DNA from: Daphnia carinata
Lineage: Eukaryota
Assembly: GCF_022539665.2 (NCBI RefSeq)
Contig: NC_081332.1
Coordinates: forward strand, 1,550,001-1,614,000
DNA: 64,000 nucleotides
Reading direction: 5' to 3'
Part shown: positions 1-15,818 of the stretch, one piece after another
How the letters are laid out: every line of letters begins with the position of its first letter
Position numbering within the stretch: position 1 is the first letter of the stretch
The notes under the pieces: model-generated
The model's database searches: none
The model's input: only the letters and a program-made list of their open reading frames with translations
Told to the model about the DNA's origin: nothing
Position numbers and translations under genes: made by a program

Positions 1-27
1 AAAATTTATAACATCTTTCATTACCAG

Positions 28-2156
<2,129 letters not shown>

Positions 2157-4492
2157 TAACCAATATTAGTACCAAAGAAGCTTCAGACGGTGATGTAAAT
2201 GCCATGGGCAGATTACTGTATAGTGGCTAGGAACAAAATATCAACTTTAGATATACAGGAAAATTTCTGAATAAACGTCGTATCTGTAAACTAAAACTCT
2301 GCCAAGCAAACTTACGGTAAAACGGTAAACTTCTCAGCGCTCAGTAATTAGTCTAGTCGTTGCTGGACAGGATACCAAATGTAAACGAAGTCAACACCAT
2401 GGTAATCGCAATTATCCAACCGAGGGTGCCACCTATAGACACAAATTTCAAAATGGCTTTAAGTTCGTGCCTCTAATCGGGAAATTGGGTGCCCGATACC
2501 CACTCCCTTCATTCTCCTGTACACCTTGGCTTATCAAAACTATCATAGTACCTGTCAAAAACAATATAAAGATTCTAGTATCGTAAATCTAAACTGGGGC
2601 CCGTAATCCTTGACCTTTACAACTGAGTTGGCTTGGAATTGAACGAAAAACGATTACCTTTTCCTAGACGTTCGGAATCAATGGCGATCGTCTCTGTCGA
2701 AATCTGAATTTCAGTCCAACGTATCGGTGACGGATGGCAAGGCATATGGCAATCATTGTGGATAAATGCAGCCTTTAAATCTACTATGCTTCTCTGTTGA
2801 AAGTGATTGACATCACCACCAGGGATGTCTTAATCAACTATTGCAACAAGGAAACCAATTACATCAATGCTCAAATATATCTTCAATTTGAAAGAATTAA
2901 AAGAATTGCCTACCAAATCCAAAGGAACTAGCAACTGTAACACAAGATATGACAAAACACAACACATTAATTGTATGGTTTATTGGAAACATTTGCTAAA
3001 ACTAAATTTACATTTAAGAATATCACTTACTTTCTGCTGGCTCTTAGACGTCAAAACAATCTGCAACTGAGAACTAACTTTCTCAAGCCAACAAGCTCCA
3101 ACGTCTAAGCTTTCCATTCCAGTTTCACAATGTAGGGTTCAGATTCATCTATCAGACAAATAATTGAGTGTCTTGGGTACTATAAGTGTACACACAAGTC
3201 TATGATAGCTTAATATCTAATTTATCAATGTGCAGATTGAACAATTGACAAGACATACCTTTCTTTTTTATCTAACGAACGAGCAATTTTTTTAGAAGGC
3301 AAGCATTGATACGCTCATTGTTGGCACTGCGTTTCAAAACTAACAAAGAAATTAATTTACTCATGAGAAAATTATTTTCTATTCGAAGACGAAAATTCGG
3401 AGATCATTAACAAACGAACGATGTTAGCAAACTGACGATTTCAACCTTTTTCTTCCTACGAATACACGTTGCCAAATGGGAAGAGTTCGGACAAGGACAG
3501 CCATTTTGTTCTACTTCTTTTTCGCTGCTGCTGTTTCTTACTCTTCCTACGTTTTTTTTTTTTACCTTTTACAACACGTAGATAGAAATGAATTCATCGG
3601 ACAAAAGATGGTAATAAACGACTCCACTTTTCTTGGCGAATAGTAACGTAATTAACTAAACCACAGTTCGAAAGGATTACACAAACAAAGCTGTTGGCAA
3701 TTGATTTATGAGGAGAAGCTCAAAGCCTACTCATTTTTCAATGTTAACCCTCATCAGGAAAATGTAAAAGCCATGAATTTCAGTACTGGGAATTAGAAAA
3801 GATTATTTTGATCTCGTACTAAGCTAAGAATTATTTTATGATAAGATTTTAAACATCACGGCAACCTTATAGTTTCATGGTACATTTTTATTATTTCTAG
3901 ATATTTTTGAATGTGCAGAAATCAGCAAACGTCTTCGTCCTTTCTTGCAGTAACTGTGCGCATTCTGTCCAGTTCATTCGACGATGTTCTTGCGAAACGT
4001 TTAGACCATTTTCTAATTGCATCTGGCGTCGAAAATGGCTTTCAATCACCCATAAAAACGTCACCAGTTGCGGGAAAACAACTGCCCACCAAAAAGATAA
4101 CGATCCAAATGTTTGTCATAGCAGGTCAGGTGCCGTTAGTTTGATAAAGTAATGGAGCTCAACACTAAGTCTAGTGAAATAGTCGTTTCAAAGCGTATCT
4201 ATCGGTCTTGATGCTTATCAGCACTTCAATTATGATGGCTACCCAACTAAGAAACAGATAACAAAAAAGAGAGACTGATCATGACGATAAGATGAAAACT
4301 GAGCAGTCAAGCAAAGTTGGTGTACAGATATGGGGAAAAAACGGCAGTTAGGCTGAAGATAATTTCATTGACGTTCGTAATATTTCCCAACTGAATTCCA
4401 CGTTAACTCGCTCTTCGGCGAACTATACTTCGGGCAAAACAATTAACCGGTTAGTGCTATTGCTTTCAAGTGAAAAATTGGACTGGAAAAAA

Positions 4493-7400
4493 ATGGCCCG
4501 GCTAAGGACGAAGAACATGTACGTCTTTGTTCCGTTATTTTTCGTTCTGATTACCTCTCCTCTAACGTCAACATCGCACATCACGTTGACCACCGATGGC
4601 TATCAAAACGTAGTGGTTGCTATCGACGAGAATTCCGGATTCACCAGTTGTCAGGAAGACTTGGAGAACATCAAAGTAGGCGTAATTTTCAAATTTAAAA
4701 TCAGTTAACACCTTCAATGTACACCTTTTTGAACAGGAATTGATGCGGAGCACTTCCGTCAGCTTCGGTCAAGGTCTCGAACGTCCGGCTTACTTTGGTG
4801 ATGTCACGATTGTTTTGCCCAATTCTTGGGTTAGCGATCCGATTTGTTCCATGCTGATGACGATGTCCAACATCACACAGTTGCCTTGGGCTAGGACTCA
4901 CAGTGCGGATATACGAATCACGCCGGATCATCCGGTATTTGGTAATCAACCTCATTCATTCCAATATGGAGGATGTCAAGAACCTGGCTTGTCTATCAAT
5001 GTTCCATCGACGTTCGTCTCCAACTTCACTGACCTGATGAAAGGTAATTATTTTACCTGGAACTCGTACCAACTGAATCGAAATAATAAGCTCGTGTAAT
5101 GCAGCGAGAATTATGGCCCGTGAGTGGGCTCATTATCGTTACGGTGTTTTCGACGAGGGTGGCATACCGGATGATGAGCGCCATCCCTCTGGCTACATGA
5201 TGTTCCAGACTGAAAATTCCGATAAAGTCATGCGTGCCAATACTTGCACCGGAGGCAAAACGCCGAGGGGAGAATGGAATAAGTAAACATTGTTCGCTCA
5301 TAAAAACTTTAAGAACGATCATTAAACAAATATCTGCATTAGTGAGGAATGCAAATCGACCAATTCGGGAAATTCGAGCTGCGAGTTCCAGCCTGATGTT
5401 GACAATCCAGATATCACGTCTTCGTTGATGTACCGGCCGGATCTGGATCACGTAAGAAACTCTTCACGATAAAGGGTTGGAATATGAGCTGCTATTGCAT
5501 ATGTTTCCCATTCACGCCAATAGATGGAAAAGTTTTGCACGAAGGAAAATCATGATGATGGCGTGCCGAGTAAATTGAGTTACCACTGCGGCAGTCTCAG
5601 TGCGTCAGATGTTATCTACAAACACCTAGATTTCACGTAAATATACACGCAAATACAACAAATCCTTACAAACAGTATTAAGTTACGCTTTGGTAACATA
5701 TGCGATGCAGACCGGGAGTCACGCCCGCCAATGCCTCAGCAGAAATTACATTCAACGTAATACAGAATCCGTTCAGCGGTTATCACGTCGTCCTTGACAT
5801 CGCCTCTTTCAGCAGTAAACAATTGGTACATTGATTTTAACACTCTAATTAATTACAAAGTTATTCATATTGACATTATTAACAGTTTGACCAAGCAAAG
5901 AATTCTCTTATGCAATTCATCGCTTTCCTATTGGATCCTGTCTTAATGTCCATCGACACGTACGATGGTGTCAATGTCGTCGAATTGCAATCGCCTCTTT
6001 ACTTGGATCCGAGGACGATCCGCACTCTGTTAGGGAAACTGGAACGTGTTGGATATGCCACTGGCAGTCCAAATGCCTTCGGTATTGCCCTCGAAAGAGC
6101 ACAAACGGTACAAATTATTTGTTTCCTTAAATTATTTTAGCTTATTCTGACGCAATTTTATTATGCGACAGAGATCGAGTTTCGGACAGGACGTCATCAT
6201 TCTGACTGCAGTACAAACTATACCAGATATGACCGACTGGATCACGTCCTACAATGAAAATAAAGTGATTGTCCATCTTGTCCATTTCGGCGTATCGACA
6301 GCCAAAGTGGAAATGGCCCAGCTGGTCCGCTACGGTAGCGTGCACGTCATCCCGAACGTTGCCAACAGCAACCTGATGAATCCGTACACCTGGTCCGTGA
6401 ACACATTGCAATCAATCTACGGAAAGACTAGAAGCTATCGTGCCAAAGTAAATCATTAAATACTTCACTGCTTGTAACTGGCATTCACGTTAAATTGTTT
6501 TTCGAATTTTCTTTAACGGCTTAGATTTTCGAGCAATCCGTTATTAAGATTAATGAAACCGATACGATTAAAACGGGATATTTCTACCTGGACAGCCCGG
6601 CATCCCATTTGCTAGTTTCGGTCTATTGTCTAAACACTGATCAACAATTGGACGTCGATTACGTCAGTATCTTTCAACCGGACGGATATCCAGTGCGGAA
6701 TGAAACTACCAAAAATGACACATTCGCGGTCGAAGATTTCTATTCATTTGTAGTTGGACGATATCCTGTGGCAACACTCCCAGCGGTAAAGAAAAAATAA
6801 TTTGGGCTTAATATTTTGTTGGTGCTCATCAGAAATTATCTTTTCTTGCCAGGGAATGTGGAGTTATACAATTACATTTGATGAAAAAATATTTACCGAG
6901 CCGATAGTGCATCGACTAGACATTTGGGCTGAAGCAGCCGATTCGTCTCAAGTGCAGGTGCGAACCTGGAACACCGCCCTAGATAACCAGCCGTTAGATT
7001 ACACCAAAGCGCCCGTAGGCCTTTACGCCCAGGTGACGCAAGATAGAAGACCAGTACGGGGAGCCAACGTCACTGCCTATGTTTACGTCACTGATGGAGT
7101 AACATCGAATCTGTTTACCACACTCCCATTACTAGACGAAGGCATTTCAGGTATCCATATTTTTAAAAAAGCAATTAAGTGTGTTAACTAGTCACTAACT
7201 TGTCCATTTAAACCCAACTAGATGTGACAACCGGCGATGGAATCTACTCCGCCTGGCTGACCACTCCGTCTTATACGTCACATAGCTATTCCGTCTACTA
7301 CAAGGCTTACGGGGTCAACAGTTTGGCTGTCATAGACAACGGTTTGAGATAACAATCAAAGTTTTGAACAGTAAGTTTTCAATCGACAAATGCTTACCTC

Positions 7401-9783
7401 CGTCTTGTGATTCAGGAACGTACACCAGGCCGCCCACGACGGGCAGCGTCATCCCAATGTCGAATCCCGTCGCAACTGGCCCTCAATTCAATCGTTACGA
7501 GTACGGATCCAGTTTCCAATTGGCAGCTTTGTTATCGAGCAGCTTCGACCTGATCCGGCCCGAACGCGTCACTGATCTCAGCGTCCTCTCTTATGACGCG
7601 TCATCCAGGATTGCCGAATTGGGCTGGACTGCGCCAAAAGATAATTACGGAAGCGGAGAAATCGGTTCGTTTTCTTTTTTCAACATTCACAATATCCTTC
7701 TTATTTGTTAAAACTATTCCTCGGACTATATTTGAAATTTCTATGTCGTTTAGTTACGAGATTTAGATTGTATCAGTCCATCGGTTCAGCTGAATCCAAT
7801 TACACGGAATTCACTACACCCGTCAACGCGGACGGATCAGTTAATTTAACTGTCCAAGTGCCTCATCTCCAGGACGGTGAATACGTCAAATATCGAGTCG
7901 TTGGTAAAGATTCTTCAAACAACATGGCAGACCCATCAAATGTCGTTTCAATGGCCGGTCCGGTACTTCGAACCGGAGGCATTTCAAATTCCGCCATGTG
8001 GGCTTTAATCGGCGTCGCTATCGCAATCCTTGTCATCATCCTCATTATCGTCCTAATCCGTTGTTGTTGTCCAGTCGAAGCTAAACGAAGACAGAGACAA
8101 GCCAAACGTAAAGTGCGTCAATGGTTTTCATTTGGGGACAAAACGGCCAAACGGACGGACACGGCGCCATCTACCAGGTACCAATCGCCTCCGCCAACGA
8201 TCCAACAATGGAACTCACCGACCATTAACCAAGACGGCGAATCGCCAGCTGTTAGGAGCGGGAGTGACGCATCAACGACCCCCCAACCTGAAGTGGAACT
8301 TCGTCAGAAAACAGCTGCTCCTGCCAGGACATCCACTTACGGCTCTGAACGCATTTACTTTGGTCAAGAAGACATTGACAGGATGGTCTCAGGTCCTCGT
8401 AGCGAAACCTATTCAGAAAAGTGTGTCGTTTTAAATTGAAATTATTTTAGAATTAATGCGAATTCACGATATTGCAGAGGCACAGAAGAGATAATTAAAC
8501 GGGCGCCTTCCATGGACCTTCAATTGGCCACTATTTTGCGAATGAACAGCAGCAATTTCTCCATCGATCGTTTGGGACGCGATGAAAAAGACCCTAATTC
8601 AAGGTTTAAAAAAAGAAATTAAAATTTGTATTATTGTAGTTTAATTAAGATTTATGATTAAGGCCAACGGAGGTAATAAGACCAAGAGTTTACGCTCGGC
8701 CGTTCAAACCCAATCAACCTGCAAACAGACCAACGAGCAATCAGCCGGCCAGCAGGGGTTACCCGTACAACGCGAACAAACCTCTTTCCATGTCCGAGAC
8801 TAATTTGTACTACACCGACGTCGCACTCCGTCCACCCGTTGCCCAGTCAACTAAATCATCACCCAGCAATTCTTACCTGTCCGTCTACGCCGAGGTAAAT
8901 GTTTTGAGTGTCTTTTTCTTTAAGGTTATTTTACTTAAAATGAATGGATCGTCTCAGCAGAGGGCCGATGTAGTCCCACAACCTTCGGGGCAGTCCAGCT
9001 TGGCCAATACGCTGCGAAACGGAATGAGGGGCAACGAACAATGGCAGGATTCCAACAGTTTCATTTACACCGATCCTCGACTCGACGGTACGCATTTCAA
9101 AAAATTTCATTTAGGAAACAAAACGATTAAATTGGATAAGGAGAAGTGAAAGTGGAAGATGTTGCATTCGCAGTTGTTAATCTTCGTTTTTATTTGGCAA
9201 TGAAGTTGGCCGATGAACGAGGAAGACGAGTATGCCATTTTTATAGCAATTCCTACGGTTTGATTCAAACAACTTTCACTTCCTTCGTTGTCCAAAGTCC
9301 AGCAAGAAAAATTGTCTAATGCATTCCAGAAATCAATTTCAAAGTGACAACCAGCTGTGAAAGCTGTCTCGGTTGTTTACTTCGACAGATATATGCGTAG
9401 TTTGAGTTTTGAAAATACGAGAACCAGATTGCCTTATCAATTGAATAACGTCGCCAGTTTTTTTTTCATGCTGGCCTGATTACGTTTTGGACACGCCTTT
9501 TTTTTCTTATTTTCTTGTTGCAGGTCAATCCAAAGGTTCAAGCAGCTTTGATCCGCAATTGCATCCGGCCAACCAAAACGGACTTCCACCGCCTTTGCCA
9601 TCCGTACCACCGCCATTTCCTCCTCGAAGTAAGACACAATTTTTGCAGTTGTATTCGTTAAACATTTTTTAAAATTTAAATTGAATTTTTTTAGTGACTT
9701 ACAATATTGATATGGGCTACGATGGGACTACCGGTACAGCCATGTGGCTGTCGATCGTAACGATGCGGACCAACAAGCGATGA
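4493..9783 (+). CDS. CLCA-like (calcium-activated chloride channel regulator) protein with TM helix and long cytoplasmic tail; multi-exon
   Basis: Signal peptide, DGYQNVVVAIDE, YFGDVTIVLPNSW, QYGGCQEPG, REWAHYRYGVFDE, TTGDGIYSAW, RPERVTDL..WTAP (FnIII-like), TM WALIGVAIAILVIILIIVLI and a Pro-rich tail. The frame of the last exon is uncertain (stop at 9783 or 9824). Confidence 0.85.
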
Positions 9784-10806
9784 GCAGGTCGTCTAGCAAA
9801 CCATCTTTAGTTTCGGCCGTCTAAACATCTTTGGTTTTTACCTATTCATTAAGTTGGAAATAATTCAATTTCACATATAATTTTGTTATCAAAATAATTA
9901 CATTCTTACCGTATAGCACATCCCCCAACCTGCATAATTAACAATTATAATCAATTCCTTAACTAAATCGGGAAATAAACACAATTTTTGTTTTCTTGGA
10001 AATTCTTTCATTTTCAGATATTTTATTCGAATTTTTAATGTAGCTCTGCGCTGAACTAGCCAGCGACGATGAATTCGGATCCACTCTCGGGATTCGTGCG
10101 TGTACGGGAATGTAACGCAACCGAAATGAACGATAGTAATGGAAATAACATGAAAAAATGAGGGGAAAAAAATTTGAAGCAACTTGGTCATAAGTGAAGG
10201 CCAAAGAGAAAACGAAAAATAACAGTTGACCAAAATATATAAAAAAGGAGGGGACAGGAAGAAGACAATAAAGATAGAAAAGCCAAACAAAAGAAGAACG
10301 GTCATTAATGTGAGCTAAAAAAAAATAGAAACAAAAAAGGGAAAAGAAATAGAACAAGCAACAAAAGAGTACAAATTTTGTGCAATTTAAACACAATCGG
10401 GACACACTTTCTCAGTGTTTTAAGCTCACGCCAACGCCCCCAAATCACGTTTTGCGGTCATCAGCTGAAATTCGGAACACGAAAATTTGCTGAACCGTTC
10501 GGGACCGTAAGAAACGTAGGCGCGATATAATATCTGAAACGGACCTCTCTGATTGTGTTTGAAAAACGTTTGGCACGGAGAAGACCGTTCGACTGGAGAG
10601 ACACATTCTATATGGAATGGAACTAAGCAAATGGCCTGTACAAGATGGAAGACGTGAAAAACTGAAGCGAAATAAATCCCCCCTTCCATTCGAAATAATT
10701 AATGAAATATATAAATTAGGCACGTTCACGATTTTCTTTCGTGTAACCCTTTCAACTCCGTTCTTCCCGTCTTTTCTTTATGGAACAGCATGAATCACAT
10801 TTGTTT

Positions 10807-12977
10807 TCACGAGAATTCCTCTTCGACGCAGGTGTGAAATGACGCCGTGTTGCTAGCGCGTGAACGATACGAACCGAACGATTTCACGGTGGCAAATGAC
10901 GTCCCCGTTCCCGCTCTAGATCTTCAATTTTTTTAAAACGTTTAAAATTTTAATTTAAAAAAAACGTGCATAATTAAAACACTACCTGGAAAATCCCGGA
11001 GCATCGATAGCCGAACGGAAAGATCCAGCGGGAGATGGCGGGAACGAGCCGACGATGGATCCGTAGTCTGTGAACGAACCCATTTCATCTTCTTCCGATT
11101 GGCCTCCACTTCCGCCGTCCATCCGGTAAGGTCCGTGCGATCCTATGTAGCCCGTGCTACCGTAGCTATTCTGGCGAACGGCTATCATTATAAAATACAA
11201 TAAAAATTGAAAATTTAAATCAATTTGTTTTTCTTATCTCGGTCATCATCCATCATATCACGTGAACGCATCACGTTAAGAGCAGCCAACCGGCTGCACC
11301 GGTTTCTTTTGAATTTTTTAAGGTTACCGTAAACCGCTTAAAGCATTCAATGTCAATTCTTCCCTCACTACACCGCCGTTGTAGGGTGAACGTTCGTCCT
11401 TGAATCTTCCGAAAAACAATCCCTCCCCCTTTCTCCTTTTACCTGTTGTTATCGCACTGGATGGATCCCCCAAACGATCGTTTCAAGGTTAACAATTTAG
11501 ACTTACGAGTTGTTTTCTGTTTACATTCAAAACATAAAAAAATGGCCATGTTTCCCCTTAAAAACAGTTGACCTTGTAGGAGAGCTCTTATGGCCGTTTG
11601 TTGACCTTCTCCAGAAGGATCACACCTTCCGCATTTCAATCAGACCGTTGTTTCAAAAACCGAAAAATGGGGACTAACCGATGATTTGCGAACGGAAAAC
11701 GGACGATACGGCTGAGATGAACTCACCTGCTGGTCGGACGTCCGTTTCCATGCTGATGACGGAAACTTGAGGAGCGACGGGATGATGAGGACCACCGTTC
11801 ATGCATCCGTTCGGCTCCTGGCTCTTGCTCTTCTTCCGCCTGAAATGCATCCAAACGCCGAAACCGATGATGGCCGCCGTGATCAGGGCCGCCGCCACGA
11901 TAACTCCCGCCAACTCGGCTGCAATTTTTTATTATTATTATTATGTTTTTTTTTTAAAGAACAAAATGGGGACCCGTCGAGAGAAAGTCGGCACACTAAC
12001 GTGTGAAATAATAAGAACAATCACGCGGATACATCGTCAGCTGACTAGCGAATAGTTTAGATTGAACAAAAAGGCTTTAAAAATGTTATTAACAAAAATT
12101 ATTTCAAATCTCCACCCTGGAGTTATTGCATTAGCGAAAACCGCCATTTTGTATGCTGGACAAAACAAGTCGGCATTCCAACCGTTTCGGGATAAACTGG
12201 CAAGACATCGAAGTAGGTCAACGCCTATCTCTACCCTCTCTCTCTCTCTCTGACTGGCTTACTTTTTTTGTTAGTATGCAAATACATTGGTATATCTCTT
12301 TCCTACGTAAGCGATTAAGTTCCCCACCATTTTGATTCCGCTGTACTTTCTGTTGTGTTGAAATTCCCCGTGCAAAAATTAAACTAAGGAAACTCTCACA
12401 TTCAAGGTCGGACGAAAGGGAAATCGAAAATCAAACAAAAGAGAAAAGACGTTCCACGCGCAATGGCTACGTGAAAGATTGAGCGTGTAAAGCACACGCA
12501 CAGCAATCACGAAAGAATAAATACAAACGTTTCTTACCTGGACTGAGTTCGTGAGGCCCGGCTGCCGTCGGTTCCTGGTCTAACCTTGAGGCGCTAGTGA
12601 AGAGGTCGTCGCCGTTGTTCACGCCCAGATGAATAGCGTCTGGAAAACACGTGAAAAGAAGACCGCCACCACCACAACCAAAAAATGAAAAGAAAATACG
12701 TTAGTTTTAAGTTGAAATGTTTTCTCGATAGATTTCTACTGGTGAAATTCAACGTGTGCAATTTTTGCGAAGGTCGATTTCGATTGACGTCACGGCCTTC
12801 GCAATTCAGAAATAACAACACGTGCGTGTTCTGTTTGATGACGCAATTTCAAAATGTGAAAAAAACCTTACCGTCAAGCTTGACTTTGGACGGCCTGTCG
12901 GCGAACGATGACGATCCACCAGTTAACTCGACCAGACCCAGGTGAGCCAACGGTTGGGTAAGATCCGAATGTTCCAT
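10807..12977 (-). CDS. Uncharacterised single-pass membrane protein of about 235 aa, 5 coding exons, no signal peptide
   Basis: Phase-consistent GT-AG exons at about 12977-12872, 12639-12538, 11918-11727, 11181-10985 and 10916-10807. Product is MEHSDLTQ...ELSPAELAGVIVAAALITAAIIGFGVWMHFRRKKSK...SFHTCVEEEFS*. Confidence 0.7.
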
Positions 12978-15818
12978 GACGTTCTCTTTGTAATGTGGTT
13001 TTTTTAATATATACACACACACACAAGTGAAGCACTTGTTTAGCTGAGATGCTCGGATGATTTTGCAAATTTGAAGAATTACAAGATGATCCGACGTGGC
13101 ATTTCAACACTAACTCTTCCACATTGCACGTTTGTTTTGGCATGCAAATTTGATTTTTCTTTTCGTGTAATCCAAATCGAATTCCAGCCAACTGTAAAAT
13201 CAGAATGAAAGTATATAATATAATACGTAAGACGACAATCGATGAAGCCAAAACGACAGTTGTGAAATGTACAAAGTGAAAGCTTTTGTTTCTTAATATG
13301 ATTGATTTCCTTCGTCAAAAACTGCATGTCTATCTCGTATACATTTTGGCTTCAACACACAATCTCACATTATTTTGAATAGATAAAAAAAAATAAATGC
13401 AAGTGGTACTAACTCTTTCCCCTGATTCCGTCTGACTTCTTTTGTTGCTACGTCCAACGGTTAAAACTAATTAAAGGTGTAATCAGCTAAACTCTTTTCT
13501 TTCTCTTGCAGCTTAGTCGTAAGACGGTAGTATAACACACACGACCAGCTGATAACACGACAACAACGCCAAACACACACACACACACACGAAAGAGAGA
13601 GTCGAATGTGGAACCGGAGCAAACACCCACCTTCCAGCTCCACTGAAACCCTGTCACTGAATGACGATAGAGAACGGACCACTCGTCTGAGTTTAGTTCT
13701 TATTTCTTTCTCTCTCTTTAATCATCCGCTTTTCTCTCATTCTCCTTCTTTCCCTTTTTTTTTTTCAACGCGTGTTGTGCAGACGTTACGAGTATATTCA
13801 ACGTCAAGCCCAAATATATTCTCTAGAGATGGTTTTTACCTGTCTGGTAAAAACCAGGTGAGACGGCCACTGCAGGGAACATGGTATCCCAAGTGTCGAG
13901 CTTAATCCGATGCGCTAATTCCATCTAATGGATTTTTGAATTTTTTGCCAAATGATGTTTAAATAGTTGTAAAAGAAAAATAGAGTTGTGGTGTAAGAAA
14001 TGAAAACAAAAGCGTAGGCCTGTAAAAACAAACAAAATGGCCATCGTGAATGCGAAAAGCGAGACGGTGAGTGAAAACGGAATACGAACCACGAAATGTA
14101 GAGAAATAAAAAGAAACTTTCACTCTTTTCGGATTATTATTGTGTGCCCAGTTTGCTGGCCGAGTATACAGACATAAAAATTGGGCAAAAAACGAATGAT
14201 TTCGGTTATAGGACATCGTTCTCACGAATATCCACACCCAACGCGTTGACCATTCACGTAACAATTAGAAAACAAAACAAAAAAAGTGTATCGTAAATTA
14301 TTACACAAATCATTCGATTCAATTGAATTCTAACTGCATCTATGACCCACATATTGATTGAAGGGGAAGTGCCGCTGAGCAGGATGTTGAATTGGTTATA
14401 ATTGCCAAAACGAGTTTTTGCTATTTATTAACTCTAGAATTTAAAAAGGGGGGGGGGACGCAATTGGGGGCGAGGTTGTTCACTTTCACACACGCGTGTT
14501 GTACTCGACAATCCAACTTATTAATTCAGCTGGTCCTGTTCGGTCCCAACAGGACGAAAATCCTTATTGTTACACAGGTACGTTAAATCCTTCAAGGTGA
14601 TCATCATTCACCTTTATCTCCTCCAGATGTTGTTCAAGTACAACCCCCTTTTTTTCATAACAATTTCATCTTAACGTGTCCCATTTTTTGTTTATTATTT
14701 CATCAAATCCCACATTATTAACACAGCAGCTTTTCACTTTCTTGAGGGACGCGATGACACGTCAGACATCGGGTCTATTAGCTTAAACACATTTTTATAA
14801 ATACAAGAGCCTCATATGGCACTGTCTCCGGCAGAAGTGAAATCCGGTTCGGTGGTTTGCTTACGTAATTTAACAGTTTTTTGAAGACATGGACTGCGGG
14901 AGCTGTGTGGTATATCGATCAAGGCCGGTACATGTGGAACGGTTAAAAGTAACAACAGGAACCAGCACGATTTTTTTTCTTTTCTATTTTTAATGAAACC
15001 AAGTGAAATTCTTTTTTTTTTTTAAACCACGTACGCATGTTTGTATTATGATGTGTGTATTAAGAGTTCTTGAACCCATAATCTGCCACCCGCCATCACG
15101 GGCCGTCCGCACAGATCTGGTCTAGTGTAGATAAGACGGAGCAAAGAGCAAATGTTCGTTCAAAACAAGATCGTGGCACTTTTTAATTAAGAATTAAATA
15201 TCTTTAATTCATTCAGCATATCGCTGCGTCATTCGAAACTGGCCAGCAAACGACAAGCAGTTCGAAAATGCTGGCTAAGCGGATGTGGCCTGTTTATCGT
15301 TCCAAGGTTACACATACAAAAAAGAAATATATCTAACCTTGTTATTTGTAAAACTATACTTCCCCATAGCCATTTGAATGGAGTCCCGCCTTAAAATGGG
15401 GAACTCAAGGTGGTCCGGTGAAGGGGGATCGACGGATGCCGAAGGGGGGGACTGACGAGGAACATTCGTCAAGGGGATCCGAAAAGCTTTTGTCCCAGGT
15501 CAGGTTTGTCCAGATTCCCCACTCATTTGCCTTTGGTCCGTCCTTGACCGACCACCTGGAATGCTATTATTTATTAAAGAAAAAAATTTTGTAGGGAAGG
15601 AAATAAGATACAAACCAAAAGTGTAACGCATTTCGAAAAACCTTGGATTAAAAGGGGCTGTTTATCTTACCTGTTGTTCACCTACATCTGATAACTCGTT
15701 TGTTATAATCTTGTCAATAACATGGCACCGATGTAATAAATTCAAAACGATGTGTCTTGATAAACAATCAAATATAAACAGGGTCCACTTATTTCTTTAG
15801 AAAAAACACATCGAATTT

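Noticed and set aside
3901..4152. Overlapping short ORFs after an acceptor-like TTTCTAG
   Set aside because: No recognisable homology or consistent gene model could be built.
9898..10405. Hydrophobic Phe-rich minus-strand ORFs
   Set aside because: They arise from T-rich sequence that is probably the 3' UTR of the membrane-protein gene, so this is a compositional artefact.
12236..13590. (CT)n and (AC)n microsatellites
   Set aside because: They are short, ordinary simple repeats.
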